Positions 13,075 through 27,262 of a stretch of 64,000 nt of DNA are shown here, one piece after another. Within the stretch, counting starts at the first letter, position 1, and every line of letters begins with the position of its first letter. The DNA comes from Phoronis australis. Taxonomy: Eukaryota > Animalia > Phoronida. Under the pieces are notes generated by a model. It was not told the DNA's origin. It made no database searches and was given only the letters and a program-made list of their open reading frames with translations. Made by a program: the position numbers and the translations under genes. The DNA lies in NCBI GenBank assembly GCA_002633005.1, contig NMRA01000724.1:104843-168842 (forward strand), read 5' to 3'.

Positions 13075-14643
13075 GTAATGATATATTTGAAAACTGTAAC
13101 AGCGTTTCTAAGATCACATCTTGAACATTGCGTCTCTTCAAATAAAATTTCATCATGTCTCTGACACTGTTGCTTTGTTATAAATGTATCTTTCTTTTTG
13201 TTAATTTTCAGTAAAAAATACATGGTCACACGACCCTATTAATAATAAATGGTAAAAGGTCAAAAAATCAAATTCTTCAAGCTTTCATTGTTCAGATACA
13301 ATATCATTCAAAATGTATAGTTTTGCAGATACTACGCAGACTTGTTGATGAAATCTTGCATAACCTTTTAAAGTCAGGGCTTTTAGGTTTCCCTTGCATA
13401 GGCTAACTTGCTTCTGTAGAAATATGAGAAAAGACCACTCAAGACTGAACTGAAATGGTAAGATGATATCCTTAATTCAGACTTTTTTCACTAGCCTATG
13501 TGCTGTAATACTTTTCCCTTATTTATGAAGGCTGGCAGTGTAGCTGTTTCACTTTTGTTTTGTGGTATTTTCTTGTTGGCATTATTATTTAAAAGCACGA
13601 GCGCATGTAGTATTATGATGTAACATATCAAGAAGTTGCCATATGCTTCTCTACGACTGAACTACATGAGAACCGGTAACATGTAATCACCAAGGTTTGA
13701 TGAGATACCAATCTGTTCTGTCCCATTCAAGTTCGTTGGCTTTATGGGCATTCTCATTTAGAGGTTCCCTTTTCATGAATGATTTTTTTTTTCAGAAAAT
13801 ATGTTGTTTCTCATTCCGCAGTTCTGTTTTTAGAATTGCATTAATTCTTTCTTCACAAATGACTGTACTTTTTACTCCCTGACATGATGCGTGCATGCCA
13901 GGATTTTCCGCAAGGTTTGCCTATAGCCAGAACCACAATTCATTTGATTTACGTAATTAGTTCTGTTAAGTCCTTGTTTTATGTCAAAGTTGCTGCTGGC
14001 AATGAATACAGGCCATGACCTGTCTTCAGAAGGGTTCCCCAAGTTTTCCACTTCAGATACCTTATTGGTGAACAGTTTCCATATAATTATATGGCCTCTT
14101 TCTGAATATGAGTCCAGGCCTATGCATCGAGTACTAGAAAGGAAAAAATGAATGTCTTTCTGAACGTGGAACCTGGGGCTCGTTATCAGAAAGTCCCTGT
14201 AAGCGCATGCTTGGACTATTATAGTTACCTTTCAAACGTATAACGAAATTTTCTGTATTCACATGTACTACAATTCATTGATGATGTTTTGAGAAATGAA
14301 ATAAGAGCAGAATAGGTCATCATCATGAGAAATGGCATACAGCTTAGGAGAAGATAAAATAATGCGTTCCTAAGGAATAAAGTAAAATCTCACAAATTTA
14401 GGGCATAACGTGGCCAACAAGGGGAACTTTCTTATCTTCTTTGTGAAACATTCGTTACACAAATTTTTTTGATATCCCCTCTTCAAGTTCTATTCAACAG
14501 CTACCATCAAAGTTTTGAAAAATTTTATACATTCAAAACAATGTTAGAAGCCTCGAAAAGTAGAAAAAGGAATATTTGTTCAATTGTTTTGTCTGGAGTT
14601 AGTGAAATTTTACAGTGTACTTATCAACTGATTTTACTTGCAG

Positions 14644-14730
14644 AGGATGGCAATAGCAATGGAGGAGAAAAAGAATCGTCAAGCCAGGGTCAAGATGAAG
14701 TGGAACTGTCTGTAATATCTACCATAAGTG
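14644..14730 (+). CDS. TNFR gene, first cytoplasmic linker exon
   Basis: ttttacttgcag| ... |gtatgt, 87 nt, phase 1-1. Reads (E)DGNSNGGEKESSSQGQDEVELSVISTIS, open in the frame inherited from the TM exon. Confidence 0.72.
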
Positions 14731-14735
14731 GTATG

Positions 14736-15178
14736 TATGGGCAGCGAAAAGGTTCAAAATAGACAACACTGCCAAATAAACAAGTGGTTTGACAAACAGA
14801 CAAGTGGTTTGCTAAACAGACAAGTGATTCGTCAAATAAACAGGTCAAGAATGCTATGGTTTTCCAAACAGACAAGACAGCTTTGCAGATTCTGTCGGAT
14901 AAACAAGTACCTACTGTTGAACGAACAAGTTCGGCGCGAGTAACCTGTCTGTTCGGCGCAACTAACTTGTTCGTTCGCTAAATAACCTGTCTGTTTGTCG
15001 AAATTTAACCGTATAACCTGTCTGTTTGTCGAAATTTAACGAAATAACCTGTCTGTTTGTCGAAATTTAACCAAATAACCTGTCTGTTTGCCAAAACTGA
15101 ACCAAATAACCTGTCTGTTTGAAAACTAACTTGTTTATTTGGTAGTGTTGTCTATTTTGAACCTTTTCGCTGCCCATA
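14736..15178. mobile_element. IS3EU-like MITE
   Basis: ~50-bp TIR TATGGGCAGCGAAAAGGTTCAAAATAGACAACACT.. / ..AGTGTTGTCTATTTTGAACCTTTTCGCTGCCCATA. 6-bp TSD GGTATG (14730-14735, 15179-15184). TAY..RTA ends with a 6-bp TSD are IS3EU hallmarks. Internal ~31-bp repeats AATAACCTGTCTGTTTG. Confidence 0.78.
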
Positions 15179-16854
15179 GGTATGGTCAAGAATCATTAAG
15201 TCAATGTCAATAATACTGACATGAGGATTTCAACTTTTCAGATATTTGTAGACATGTCAAACACAGTTGGATTTCAATTTGTGACTGTCAAGAATACATA
15301 CTGCAAAAGCAAGGTCATGTTGTTTCCAGTTTTGAGAAAAATCAACGTTATGGACGTGGAATATCCCGACTGACTGATCTGCCAGTCGGGATACAGCCGT
15401 GTCCTTATCAGTTTAGCAGAAGCAAACCAATGTTTACACAGTCCAGCTCTCTTATTGTCGGCTTTCATCTGATAAGCTTGTGTAATCCAGCAGTTATGTT
15501 GTAAACAGTGTGCCTGACGCTAACCGATATTTAAAATACTGTTTCCAAATGATTTTCAACAAATTTCGTGAAGTATATGTGTTTTGCATGAAAAAAATTC
15601 AAGTGGAGAAAAATCATTGGTTGACTTTCAGAGAAATTTAACTTAACGTTCACCTGTTGATTCCTTTATATTACTGTAAGCTTTGACCAGTTTAACCACC
15701 GTATCGTGTACCATCACAAAAGGCTTGCTTGATAAGTTTAAGGAAGCGTGATTATAGATTAGATTGTGATATTGGAAATTTCTTGATTTTTACACTACAG
15801 GAGAATGGAACGTAATGATTTCAGCTTTGTACTCATGCTCAATGTTTCACATTTCATGTCAACTCAACTGACTCGACTCAGCTGACTCACACTTACCCAC
15901 GCCTGGGAATATTTATTGACTCTCAAGGTTTTCTTGAATTTTTCACCAATTCAAGCACATTCTCTATAACTTTCCGGAATCTACCCAGTCATTTTGCACA
16001 CAATGTACTAGGCTCTAGAATCCTCCAGTGTAGGTTTTATTATTCTCTTATGTACTGGAATGTTCTCTAGTATTATATTGTAAACAAATGACACCATCAT
16101 TGGCCTTGGGTATAGTGAAATGGGTGTATCCAAACTTTCTAACATGCCGGTGGTCCTGCGTAGAGTAAAATGAAAACAGGTTTATCGAAATTTTCTAAGA
16201 CTTATCACTGCATGACGCTGGGTATAGTGAAATGAATGAAAATGGATGTAACTCCAGACATAAATTTTTGTCCGAGATTTACTATGGGTTTGCTTAAAAG
16301 GTAGCTATGCTTTGAGATTGTGCGTAGGTTGAGAGTGAAAAATCAAATCCAGTAATTCATTTATTATATGATAACCCCTAATTAGACAAATGAAACCTAT
16401 TGTTAATTAAGTAATCAACTAAAAAGAGTAACTAAGCTAGCGCCATCTTTAAAAATTACTTTAATCAAACAACCAAAACAATCAAATGTCTTATCTGCTA
16501 TCCAAGCTAGGACTCTCCACTTGTTGGATGTCTGTCCTGTTGGTGAATCTTCGAACTACACACACTGTATAGCGACAGTGTACTTGCTGGTCATCGTCTC
16601 TGGTGATGCAACACTTGCAGGCAATTTCTTCTACCCGCGATTCTTGTTGCTGGTCACAGTCTCTGGCTGATGACGCAACACTTCAGGTAGTATCTTACTA
16701 CCCACAATGCAAGTGACAAGCTCTTAGTTAACTTCCTGTTCGTAACCCTTGCCCTTGCCAAGATCCTTTCTAGAATTCCACGAGATGGCTCTGTCTTACA
16801 GTTTCCTCTGTACACTGTAGCAAGTTTTAATCCTTCAACTACTATAGCGCATCT

Positions 16855-19545
16855 GATTATCTTGTTGATTTCAGCCCATAATATAACATTCTACTTATTA
16901 CTTGGCCATGTAAGTTGGTCTTCCATCAAGTTTGTTATTTTGCGGAATTCTTCCGCCAAGTATGTTGGTCTGACAGCAAGTTTTTTTTTGTTTGTTCGCT
17001 CTCTACAGGTCGCAATTTTCGTCCGATTTTCACGAAATTTGCACACAACGTGTAGATCGGGAAGTACTGGAACGCTATTGATACAAAATGGCGAATGTGG
17101 CAGCCATGATTTTGTATCCGTTTTCACATTCAAATATTTGTAGAGGCCGCATTTTTCGACGTACATGGCTAAAAATCAGTATGAATATACTAGAACGCAT
17201 GTGCTACAAGTGTGCAGAAAATCGTTGACGTCCGGTCAAAGATGGCGGAAATATTGGAAGTGCCGCATGCGCACCCCGAAATATGGCCAAAAACGTTTTC
17301 TCCTGTAGAGGGTGCATTTGCAAACCAATCACTTTCAAACTGGTCACGTGTTTGTTGAGTTTAATAAGCTTTAAAAAAGTATTGAACCGGAAGTCTCTTT
17401 CAAGATGGCGGCTGTGGCGCATGTTCACACGGTTTCAATCGTTCTGGTGTCGCATTTTTAACGGGAAGAACAAATGACGTGAATTTTTGCATGTGGATTC
17501 CTTGAAGTATGGCCTTTCAAAAAGTCTGCGAAAGCGTATTTCTCAGACTTACCGTTTTCGAGTTATTTGACTTAAAATTTAAAAAAAAAACGGCAAATTT
17601 TCAATTTTTTTCGAAAAATTTTTGGATTTTTTCCAAACTACCACTTTAGATAGAGTTTTGAACGGGCTTTCAGAAGATATTTTCCATTTTGCGCTACGAC
17701 GTCTACTTTTTGAATTATTCCGAGATTTTCGGATACCGTTGTTCCTTCGGTCACCTATGCAAGCAGGCAGCTGGCTGGCTTTCAGTTCACTTTGTTTTGG
17801 TTATGCCTAGTTGACCCCAACTGACCCAGCCAGCACTGTCCTAGTGTAGGCTGTAGAATTCCAGACCAAACACTTATTGTACACATAACTTTGCTCTGCA
17901 GACTGTCACATAGCACCACCTATTTTGGAATGTGGAAACAAAGCATGGCTCGTCCATCATGTTGCGCCATCTATTGTTCTTTATTGTAGTTGATTATATG
18001 CTCTCTATTTGATTTCTTCGCTAGTCACATGAATGTTATCGTGTTATTCATAATTGCCGCCTTGATCGTCATGATTGTCGTCGTCCTCCTCATCGTCGTC
18101 TTTTCGATTAATTCCACCAAGTGTCGCTCCTCCGAGCGCTCTTGTTTTTTTGTTTGTTCGCACGATACAGGTCGCAATTTTCGTCCAATCATCACGAAAT
18201 TTACACATAACACGTAGTTCTGGAAGTACTGGAAGCCTATTATTTTTCGTCAAAATCGGATCCAAGATGGCGGCTGTGGCGGCCATTTTGTTTTCATTTT
18301 AAGATTCAAAGGCTTCTGGAGGCTACAATTTTTTACGTACAGGTTTGAAACTCAGCACAATTAATGGACCTGATGTGCACTACATGTATACCAGAAATTT
18401 TTTACTTCCGTTCAAAGATGGCGGAAATATTGGCATTCGCGCATGCGCACCTCGATTTCGGGAAAATAACGTTTTTTCCTGTAGAGGGGGCAACAGAGGG
18501 CCAATTCCTTTGAATTTTTGCAGTTATTAGTTTTTATGACTTGCTATTATACAAAGCCTAAAAACTGGAAGTTGCTTTCAAGATGGCGGATCTGGCGCAT
18601 GTTGACCTATTTTCAGTCGTGCTGAGGTGCCATTTAAACAGGAAGAGAAAAAGACATGATTTTTTGCATGTAGATTCTCTAAGGTATACTCTTTCAAATG
18701 GCCTGTAACAACTTTTCTCTCAGTGTCATAATATTGCACTATTCTCTGTGGACTCTACCAGTGTCTATGGACTATATTGATATATCCTGTGTATTCAAAC
18801 CATGTTTCCTGTACTAGAGAGCTTCTTCTCTCTCCCCTCTTCCGGTCTGAGCCATATTGGAATAAACCTCGTACACTGATGCTGGCTAATCTATGTTTAT
18901 CTGATACCAACTACAACCATTCATATTATAACATTCAGACTTACCGTTTTCGAGATATTTGACTTTGAATTTCTAAAAAAATGCAAAATTTCATTGTTTT
19001 CAAAAAATTTACTGAATTATGTGTTACTATCAGTTTAGATAGAGTTTTGAACAGGCTTTCAGAAGATGTTTTCCTTTTTTGCTAGGACGTTTACTTTTCG
19101 AGTTATTAGAGATTTTCTAATAACGCTGTTCCTTTGTTGAGGGCTCTTGCTGCATTGATGTTGGTTTAGCTTCTGTTGAACGAGACTGTAGCCTATTTCT
19201 TATTGATTTATGACATCTAAGTTCGTCATATGAATGTTATGATGTTGTTCATCATCTCCACCACCATCATCATATTCGTCATCTTCGTCATCATCTCCGA
19301 TGTCGTCTTTTCTTCAGTTAATTTCGCCAAGTGTCCCTCAAGACTGTAGCCTATTTCTTAGTGATTTCTGACCTCTAAGTTTGTCATATGAATGATATCA
19401 TAACTTGCATTGTCCATCATCGCCACCATCGCCGTCATAGCTGTCATCTTCGTCATCATCTCTGTCGTCTTTTCTCGTCATCTCTAACATGTTTTTGGTT
19501 AATTTCGCCAAGTTTCGCTCCTCGGAGTGCTTTCATTTAGTGATT
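16855..19545 (+). repeat. Cluster of tandem Helentron/DINE-1-like (HINE) units
   Basis: Two ~1-kb related units (~16980-17750 and ~18145-19140) plus shorter repeats. 3' hairpin plus CTCTTGTT-type ends at 18121-18146 and ~19515-19541. Confidence 0.55.
18724..18933 (+). mobile_element. Solo LTR (~210 bp)
   Basis: TGTCATAATAT...ATATTATAACA ends, internal AATAAA (18861), TSD CTCAG/TTCAG. The related unit at ~17540 shows the empty site ctcag-acttaccgttttcgag. Confidence 0.7.
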
Positions 19546-20520
19546 GGCTAATAAAAACCACATGATCATATCCACTCATATTATTGGCTGTTACAATTTG
19601 TTCTCAGAATTTTCTAGAATCGCTAGAGTACTTTGACCCCAGAACCCAAAGGTGTAAACACCATCTAAAAATAGATTTTGGCGTTAAAGTACATGTCAAC
19701 AAGTCTGACCCCATGATTTAAAAGTACACGTGCACAAATTTTGAGCAACTTAAAATGGATCTATTCTTACTAATTACTTAATCAATATTTATTTTGACAA
19801 TTTTATATTGCCAGTGTAACCGTTTGGAAACCGTTACTAAATGTATGATAGTTTTGACTCTGATTCTGTGTCATTTTGACTATGTTTGCTTTTCATGGTA
19901 TTCAGGATTGTTGAGAACAAAGATTAATTGCAGCGCTGTCAAAATAAAATTCTCCTGCTGAACGTTCACCCTAGAACTCATGTTGACAAACTACATGTAA
20001 CATTCTCCCTTTTTTTCGAGTGCTATTTTTCTTAAATTTCGCTAGTTGCATACACCATTTTTCATGCCTCCACTCCGCAATACTTGCTTCTCATTAACTC
20101 TCGCACATCACATAAATACAACTCTCGCACTAGTGTTGGCTCACTCCAAAATCCTTTTTGTAAATATTTCGGTCAGGCTTCATTTCATCACAGCGTAACT
20201 CTAGCTTGGAATAAACCATTTATGCTCAGTTCCTAAATTCTTTGACGCGCCAAGTAACTGTCTTTTTACTCAATTAATTTTCTACTGCTGAGAATAATAT
20301 GTTTGTCTATTCTTGTTAACCCTTTATTTAACTTGTTCAAGTCTTCCGTCTAATGTTGAGTTATTTAGCCGTGCATTCAATTATTTTTTATTTTTTCATT
20401 GTTATGTATATCTTCATTTAATTATTATTTGTGTGTGTGTACATATATAGAAGATTTTCTTATTTTTACTGCCGACTGTCTGCTTTGACTTTTTATGTTA
20501 TCCATGTCTTGCATTTGTTT

Positions 20521-21600
20521 TTTATGCGCCCACATATTTATATGTGGACGCATTATGCCGTCATCTCTGTCCGTCCGTCCGTCCGTCCGGGCGGCGTCCG
20601 TCCGGCGTCCGGCGTCCGCTGCTCTATCTCCAAAACCCTTTGACATACATTCATGAAATTTGGCACATATGTTCCATTCATGAATGGGACGGCATGTGCG
20701 AACTTTCGGACGGATCCGACTACCGGTGTGCCCCCTAGTGGCAATTTTAGTTTTTTACGCTTACCTTTGTATCTTCAAAAGTATTGAACGGATTTTCATG
20801 AAATTTGGTATGTAGGCACCTATTAGTGAGATGACGCTATCCTACTGTTTTCAGATGGATTCGACGTAGTTTGCGCCACCTAGTGGCCATTTTTACTGTT
20901 TTCGAGTCTGTATTTTTGCGTCCACCCCTCTATCAACCAAACCGCTCAAAGGATGATTGTGAAAATTGGCGTGTATGTGCTTACTATAAGGAAGACAGCT
21001 GACAATGATTTTCAGACGATTTGGACTACTGTGGCGCCTCCTAGTGGCAGTTTTGTTTTTTTGCGCCCATGGCTGTATCTCCCAAACCGTTTGCAGGATC
21101 TTTACTAAATTTAGCAAGTGTATTTATGTGATGTTGACAACGGACGATGACGACTTTAGGATGATTCTGATTACCGGTATGCCTCTAGTGGCAATTTTAG
21201 GGTTTGCCTCTAGTGGCAATTTTAGTATTTTACATTGACCTCTGTATTTTCATAGGTCTTCAGGTGTATACTTTGTGTTACTTCGTGACTGTGAAGGAAA
21301 AGTTCCAAGTAGAAATTTGTTTCTGGCATTCTAATGCTGTGCTAATCTCGTATGTTGGTAAATTTGTTTTTAATTCTATGTTTCTGTGGTGCTTTAAGCA
21401 ACTGGTGTATAGGATGTGCTTGTATTATGAAGATTACTCACATTTTGCCCCTAGCCTATTGAGGAGACAATGACCATGCCTTTCCATTTTGCAAAGTACG
21501 CCCTCTACTGGCCACTTTATGGTACCAATAAACAACCCTAGAAGGATACCGTATGCGGTGCAATTGTGGGCGCATTTCAACGCTCCGCGTTGCTCTTGTT
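20521..21600 (+). mobile_element. Helentron-associated / DINE-1-like non-autonomous element (copy 1)
   Basis: 5' palindrome ATGCGCCCACA-tatttata-TGTGGACGCAT, (GTCC)n microsatellite, central CCCCTAGTGGC-containing repeats, 3' subTIR TGTGGGCGCAT, hairpin CAACGC..GCGTTG and CTCTTGTT end. Inserted in a T-run. Confidence 0.78.
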
Positions 21601-21714
21601 ATCTTTTTGTTTTGTGTTTTTATGTTTCTGTATTTCTCTGTACTTGTTTAATTCTAATATATTTATTCTTATCATTGTTATTATCACCCAAACTTTCTGT
21701 CAGACTGGTTTTGG

Positions 21715-22050
21715 GCGCAGTGAAATGGAAATGGGTGTACCCAAAGTTTCCAAGATTGTCAGTGGCCCTTGTATACACTGTCAGTGAAATGAAAATAGAC
21801 ATCAAACTATCCAAATTTTCTAAGATTTGTCACAGGCCTTGGCTACTGTGAAATAAAAACTTTCTATTATTTGTCGGTGGTCTTAGGCACAGTGAAATGG
21901 AAACTGGTGTACCCAAACTTTCTTAGAGTGTCAGCGGCCATGGGTTCACAGAAATGAAAATGGGTGTATTGAAACTTTCTGGGGTTTTGTTGATACCTTG
22001 GGTACAGTGGAATGGAAATTGTGTATCCAAAGTTGTGATATTTGTTAGTG
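21715..22050 (+). repeat. Degenerate ~60-65-bp tandem repeat
   Basis: gtgaaatggaaatgggtgtacccaaactttctaagattgtcagcggcc repeated ~5 times. Related stretches at ~16110-16250 and ~32520-32610. Confidence 0.6.
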
Positions 22051-22774
22051 GCCAAGTTTGCACAATGCGAGATCCCTCAAGAGTTGGGTTCAAACAAATA
22101 AATTTGTGTGTACCCAAAACTAGATGTCAATTCATCTTGTGAATCCCAAGGAGATCCCGATACTGAACTTTAAATTGTTCATCAAATTTTCAGTTTGATG
22201 ATAAATCTCATTCTAAATAATAGCATGTTGTAACTACAAACTGGGAACATTATTCTTGTTGTTGTTGTCACTGTTATTATTTAAGACTTGACTCTGTAAT
22301 GCTTTAAGCACAGAACCCCGCGCCCAACTATCCAACATTTCTAAGTGCCCCCCAAGTGTCAGTTGTAGCGTTTGTCTTAGAGCAATTCCAGTCTTTGCGA
22401 AAAGGCTGTGTTAGACTGCTGTAAAGTTGTTGAATAGTTGGTTTACAAGTAAGCACTTGTTATCCACACTGGAACTCACAAATATGCAAATTAACTCAAT
22501 CCATTAATTGAACATTATGTTGCTCGTTTTATTGCGACATTGGAAATGTCACATGTGTTAGATTTAATTAACGTTTTTACGATTTCATGGAGTTTTAGGT
22601 AGATGTCTTTAGGATCATGGTATTTCTGTAGTGCCTTTCAAAATTTTAAATTCTGTGGTGACAAATGATTGTCACGCCAGCCCCTTCTTTTCAGTTCCTG
22701 TAAGTTTACAGCCAATCATGAATACATGTATTGCCTGTTAACACAGTTTGATTGTTTTTGCCTCTGTCTTCCAG

Positions 22775-22864
22775 CCACTGCTGCAACTAAGTCTTCATCC
22801 AATGGAAAAGGACAAAGCGTGGTGATTGATCTGGCGAATACTGATCAAGAACCTCCTGAACAAG
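22775..22864 (+). CDS. TNFR gene, 90-nt linker cassette exon copy A
   Basis: ctctgtcttccag| ... |gtatga, phase 1-1. Reads (A)TAATKSSSNGKGQSVVIDLANTDQEPPEQ. Paralogous to 28361-28450 and 33805-33894. Confidence 0.72.
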
Positions 22865-22950
22865 GTATGAAGTTTCTTGTACCTCCAGAGAGATCCATTC
22901 ATACTTTTTGCTGTGTTTTGAATTTGCAACGACATTGTTGTCACCCTTAA

Positions 22951-24018
22951 AGTCCTGGTCTCACACGTTGTTAACCCTTATTACATGGTTAGAGGATGTT
23001 ATAAGGATCCAAGAAGTACTTACCCCATAACTAATACAAGATCCGTACTCGAAAAAAGTTTAAATGAACGCGCCACTCACGATTCGCACCCGATGAACCA
23101 CCGCCATTTTGAACTTGCCACGAACCCGGAAGTACAATTCATTCAGGAACCCAGGCTAGCCGCTAAGAAAACGCCGTCAGTGTGGATGGACGAGTGCCTG
23201 TTACCAGCCAGCAAACAGGGATAAAATAATCAACAGCGCGCCTTAATTTTAATAAAATCAAAATACGGACAACTTTGTCGAATTTGCTGAAGAAATGTGG
23301 CAAATAAATTTTGACAGAAATTATTTTGCTAGACTCAGGACCGCAGCGTATCGGACCCGGTGCCGATCGAGACCAGACACTGGCGAACGATAAATGCATG
23401 CGGTTGCGAGCTGTTTTGTCGAAGTAAAATGCTCAAATCATAAATGCTGCATATATTCAAAGATAGTTTCAGACACTTGCATGAAATTACGGGGTGGTTA
23501 GTCCTGTTTCACACTGCCGCGGCAGACAGCTAACCTCAGTGCCAGGTACCAGTGAAGACTATCGTCAAAATACAGCTATTTAGTACATGTAGGTCTATAC
23601 AGCTTTGCTCCAAGGCTACCCTTAGGACTAACTGGTCACTGGCCACAGCGCTCGCTCAAACGAGGCTTATTTAGCGACCACTAACTACAAACTATAAATA
23701 CACTACACACACAAATGAATCGCAAGATATTACTAATAAAACAAAAATAATGAAGACTTTTCGAGCAAGCCATAGCACACAAGGAAAAAATGGCGGTGTT
23801 CAGGACAAGTTCCTGAACTGATGAGCCGGAAATGTGGGTACGGAAATAACCGATGACAGCCGATAATTATACACTCACAGAGAAGGGACAAATGCTGTAA
23901 AAAATTGCTTTTGGCAAGAAAGGCGAAAAGAATATAAAGAAAGGGTGTCGAAAATTAGATTTTATGTAGTAAGTATTTTCGGATACTGGAACCACATGGG
24001 CAATTTGAGAGCAGGACT
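22951..24018. mobile_element. Non-autonomous Kolobok-type element
   Basis: TTAA|AGTCCTGGTCTCA ... TGAGAGCAGGACT|TTAA. The paralogous segment at ~33985 has the empty site gtcatct-TTAA-acttccttg. Confidence 0.82.
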
Positions 24019-25307
24019 TTAAACTTCCTTGCTATTAAACGGTTAATAGCAATACATGCCACAATTGTATGTGAATTAATTCTCACATTACCAAAAACAA
24101 GAAAATTGAAAGTAAGAGATTTTAATGGTATACCTATGAATGCCAGCAAATATGAGAGTAATACATGCTGATGAGCAAGAACGGGATTGGCTACTCTCCA
24201 CCGTGCTCAAAAAGTAATATAATATAGTAAGACAGTTAACAAGAAAGTCTTTGTGGTCCGGGGGAGCAATATCATATGCACGGAAGTTATTTTTGAATGT
24301 CCTGCTTATTAAATCAAGATGTTTTTGTTGTCAATTTAACAGTTTGACTTCTGGAAACAATAATGCTTTATTATTAGTTTCAGCAGCTCGAAGTTCTCGC
24401 CACATCACCTCAAATGATGTTGACATTCATTCCACAAAGCTGTTTGATAGGGAGCCCAGCAAAACAGGTACCAAGTCCCCAATTGTGTCATAAGTATTAA
24501 CCAAATTTATTGAATCTGTCTGTCGCTATGTTTTATTCAGTACATTGGTGGTGATAAACCAACCATTAGCACGGGCAGCAGAAAATTTACCATGGATTTT
24601 GTGGATCACTTACCACTCTTCACCAAACAAATTCTGCAGGAAGGTACATTTTAATAAATGGAAATTGAGCTACAACCGGACGACTGCACCCTTGAGTTTT
24701 CGTTTGCAGTTATCCCCTTAAAGCACTGAAAGGTGTGTAGCTGACAGTCTGTTGTTGATCAAACTCAGGAAGCTCGACAAAGCTATCGGGATCAATTAAG
24801 GCATAGATATTTAATATGCTATTACTATTATTATAATACTAAAAATTTGCCATGTTCAATGCTTTCAGCATACACTTAAATGGTCAAATAAAAATAATAA
24901 GTTGGTTAATAACCTGACCTGACCTGATATGATATGATATGTGACCAGATAATTACTCAGTTGTTAAACATTAAAAATTTACACTGAAACTTGGTGCATT
25001 CCATCAAGCCTGTGTGACATAATATTATTTTACTGATTTTGGTTTTATGAAACCATGGGCAAGATGTTCATTTTTCTTTTCTTTACGAATTTCACGTTTC
25101 ATCCCATGGATGGATGGGTGCATGCAGTAGTCACTGATCAGTGCTAATAGCTTTCAGTTCGAAGATAGACTGGAGACTGCTGCATGGCTGGGATGAGGCA
25201 CCTCGCCTTGGCTAGTCTTGGTATGGCAAGGCCTATAAACGCTCATTCTCGTGACATGAGTCGGTGCTGCAAAGCCTTGAATTGTGGTGAATTCTTTCCA
25301 GCAACTG

Positions 25308-27262
25308 CAGGCTTTCAAGCGTTCCTACTTTTCCTACTTTTTCCCACTTTTTGGCCTGTTCCTACTTTATCCTACCTTTTTCTGAAATTCCTAACACAAA
25401 CGATGCTACCAAAAGACTAATAGTAGTTGGAGAGCCAACAGGACTTCATTCAAACTTCTGATTACAGAAGGTTTGAGTTCGTAATTCTATTGTAACTCAC
25501 CTACCATTTAAGGAAAGGGGCATCTTAATTTGCACAATCCTGGACTTTGGTCCCTGGGGGTCCAAAGGAGGATCCAATAATCGTTTCAATTAAAATTTCA
25601 AGTGCAGCATCCGGTTATTGATTGAGACTCCTACTAATTAATGACCAATTAATGATTTATTTAAACTTATAAGTGCAACAAAAACTTTTTCCAAAAGATA
25701 GTTTTAACTCTGAACAACATGTCCACAACTGAGATGCGATTTTTCATGGGTTTTGCAGATAAGACGGGGTGTTTGGACCCTAAGGGATAACAACACCCCC
25801 AGATATGAGCTTGATTTCTGCTATGGATAAAACATTTGAAAGGAACAAAACTACAACTTAAGACATAAAAAATCCTGGTGATTAATTAAGACTCTTACTA
25901 ATTAACAACCAATTAACGATTAAAGTACAACAAAAAATTCCCGGAAAATAGTTTAGCAAACGCGTTCACTGGATGTGACTATACCTCAGAGTGCATTTGT
26001 AAGGAAAGAAAGGAACAGACCATATGCAATGATCGTGGAAAAGTGACCAGTTCCAGAGAGCTTTTGCTTCAGTGAGCCACGATGTCTCAATAGAAGAAGT
26101 CATCAAAATCTTGCAAGATTTAGTTTGTGTGTTGTACGGAGCATGGAAACAAACTTGTCCCACTCAACAACTCCGGTTCAACACAGTTGACAAAACCTAC
26201 AAACGAAAGTCAACACTAAGCACCCATTTGAGAAGCTTTAAAGCATCGAGGGCAGCAGTATTCCACTGTGTGAAGCTGAACTAGCACTTCACGTGGATAG
26301 AAATGCAGTTGTTGCTAGACTACGTTTTTGTTTCGTTTTTGTTGTATTTGAGAGTAAATTGGTCATATCATCACGTGTCTTTGAAATATTGTTTTGTCCA
26401 CAGTAGTAATCAAAATTGTTGTATTTCCCCTTTTATACAAGTTTACTTTTAGGGTGTTCTTACCCCTTCGGGTCAAAACATCAACATCTTAAGGTGTGGA
26501 TATAGTGACCAGAAATACTAAACTATCTTAATGAAAAAATATTTTTGTTGCACTTAAAAGCTTAAAGAAATCGTTAATTAGCTATTAATTAACAAGTGTC
26601 TCAATCAATTACATAAGAGTTTTTCGGGTCATAAGTTGTATTTTTGTTCATTTGAAATAATGTTTTATCCATAGTAGTAATAAAAAATTTAGTATTTCCT
26701 CTTTTATACAAGTTCATTTTTGAGGGTCTTCTTATCCCTTCGGGTTCAAACACCCCATCTTATCTGCAAACCAGGAAAACTGTGTCTTAAGTTGTGGATA
26801 TGGTGTCTAAGCTATCTTTTGGAAAAAGAATTTTTGTTGCACCTAAAATTTTAAATAAATCGTTAATTGGTTGTTGATAAGTAGACGTTTTACTTAATAA
26901 TCCTAGGGATTTATGCGTCCTTAAGTTGCATCATTTTAATTTGAGTGGTGATTTGAACGTAATAAACTTGAAACTGATGGTGCACCCAGGATTTTAATTA
27001 AATGTGTCTTCTTTTGGACCCCTAGGGATCAAAACCCCTTTCCTTCAATGATAGTTGATGCGCAATAGAATTACTCAGTCAAACCTTTTGCACTAAAAAG
27101 AGTGAATAAAGTCCTGATGGCTCTCCAACTAATGGTGAGTACTGCCTGCCACATGAGGTGAACGTCATTGGTATGTATCGATGAAAACTACTCCTGAATG
27201 CCTGCTCTTGTTCCTACCTTTTTCTACTTTTTTACCTAAACGTAAAACTGCTTGAAAGCCTG
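25308..27262. mobile_element. hAT-like non-autonomous element with 6-bp TSD (hAT6-type) containing a long fold-back
   Basis: TIR CAGGCTTTCAAGC / GCTTGAAAGCCTG. TSD CAACTG (25302-25307, 27263-27268). Internal imperfect inverted arms ~25420-25960 vs ~26390-27135. Confidence 0.75.

Noticed and set aside
22695-22699. Possible 5-nt microexon ttttcag|TTCCT|gtaagt upstream of cassette A
   Set aside because: It is frameshifting, and the AG is not kept in the paralogous copy (ttcaattcca gtaagt at ~33715).
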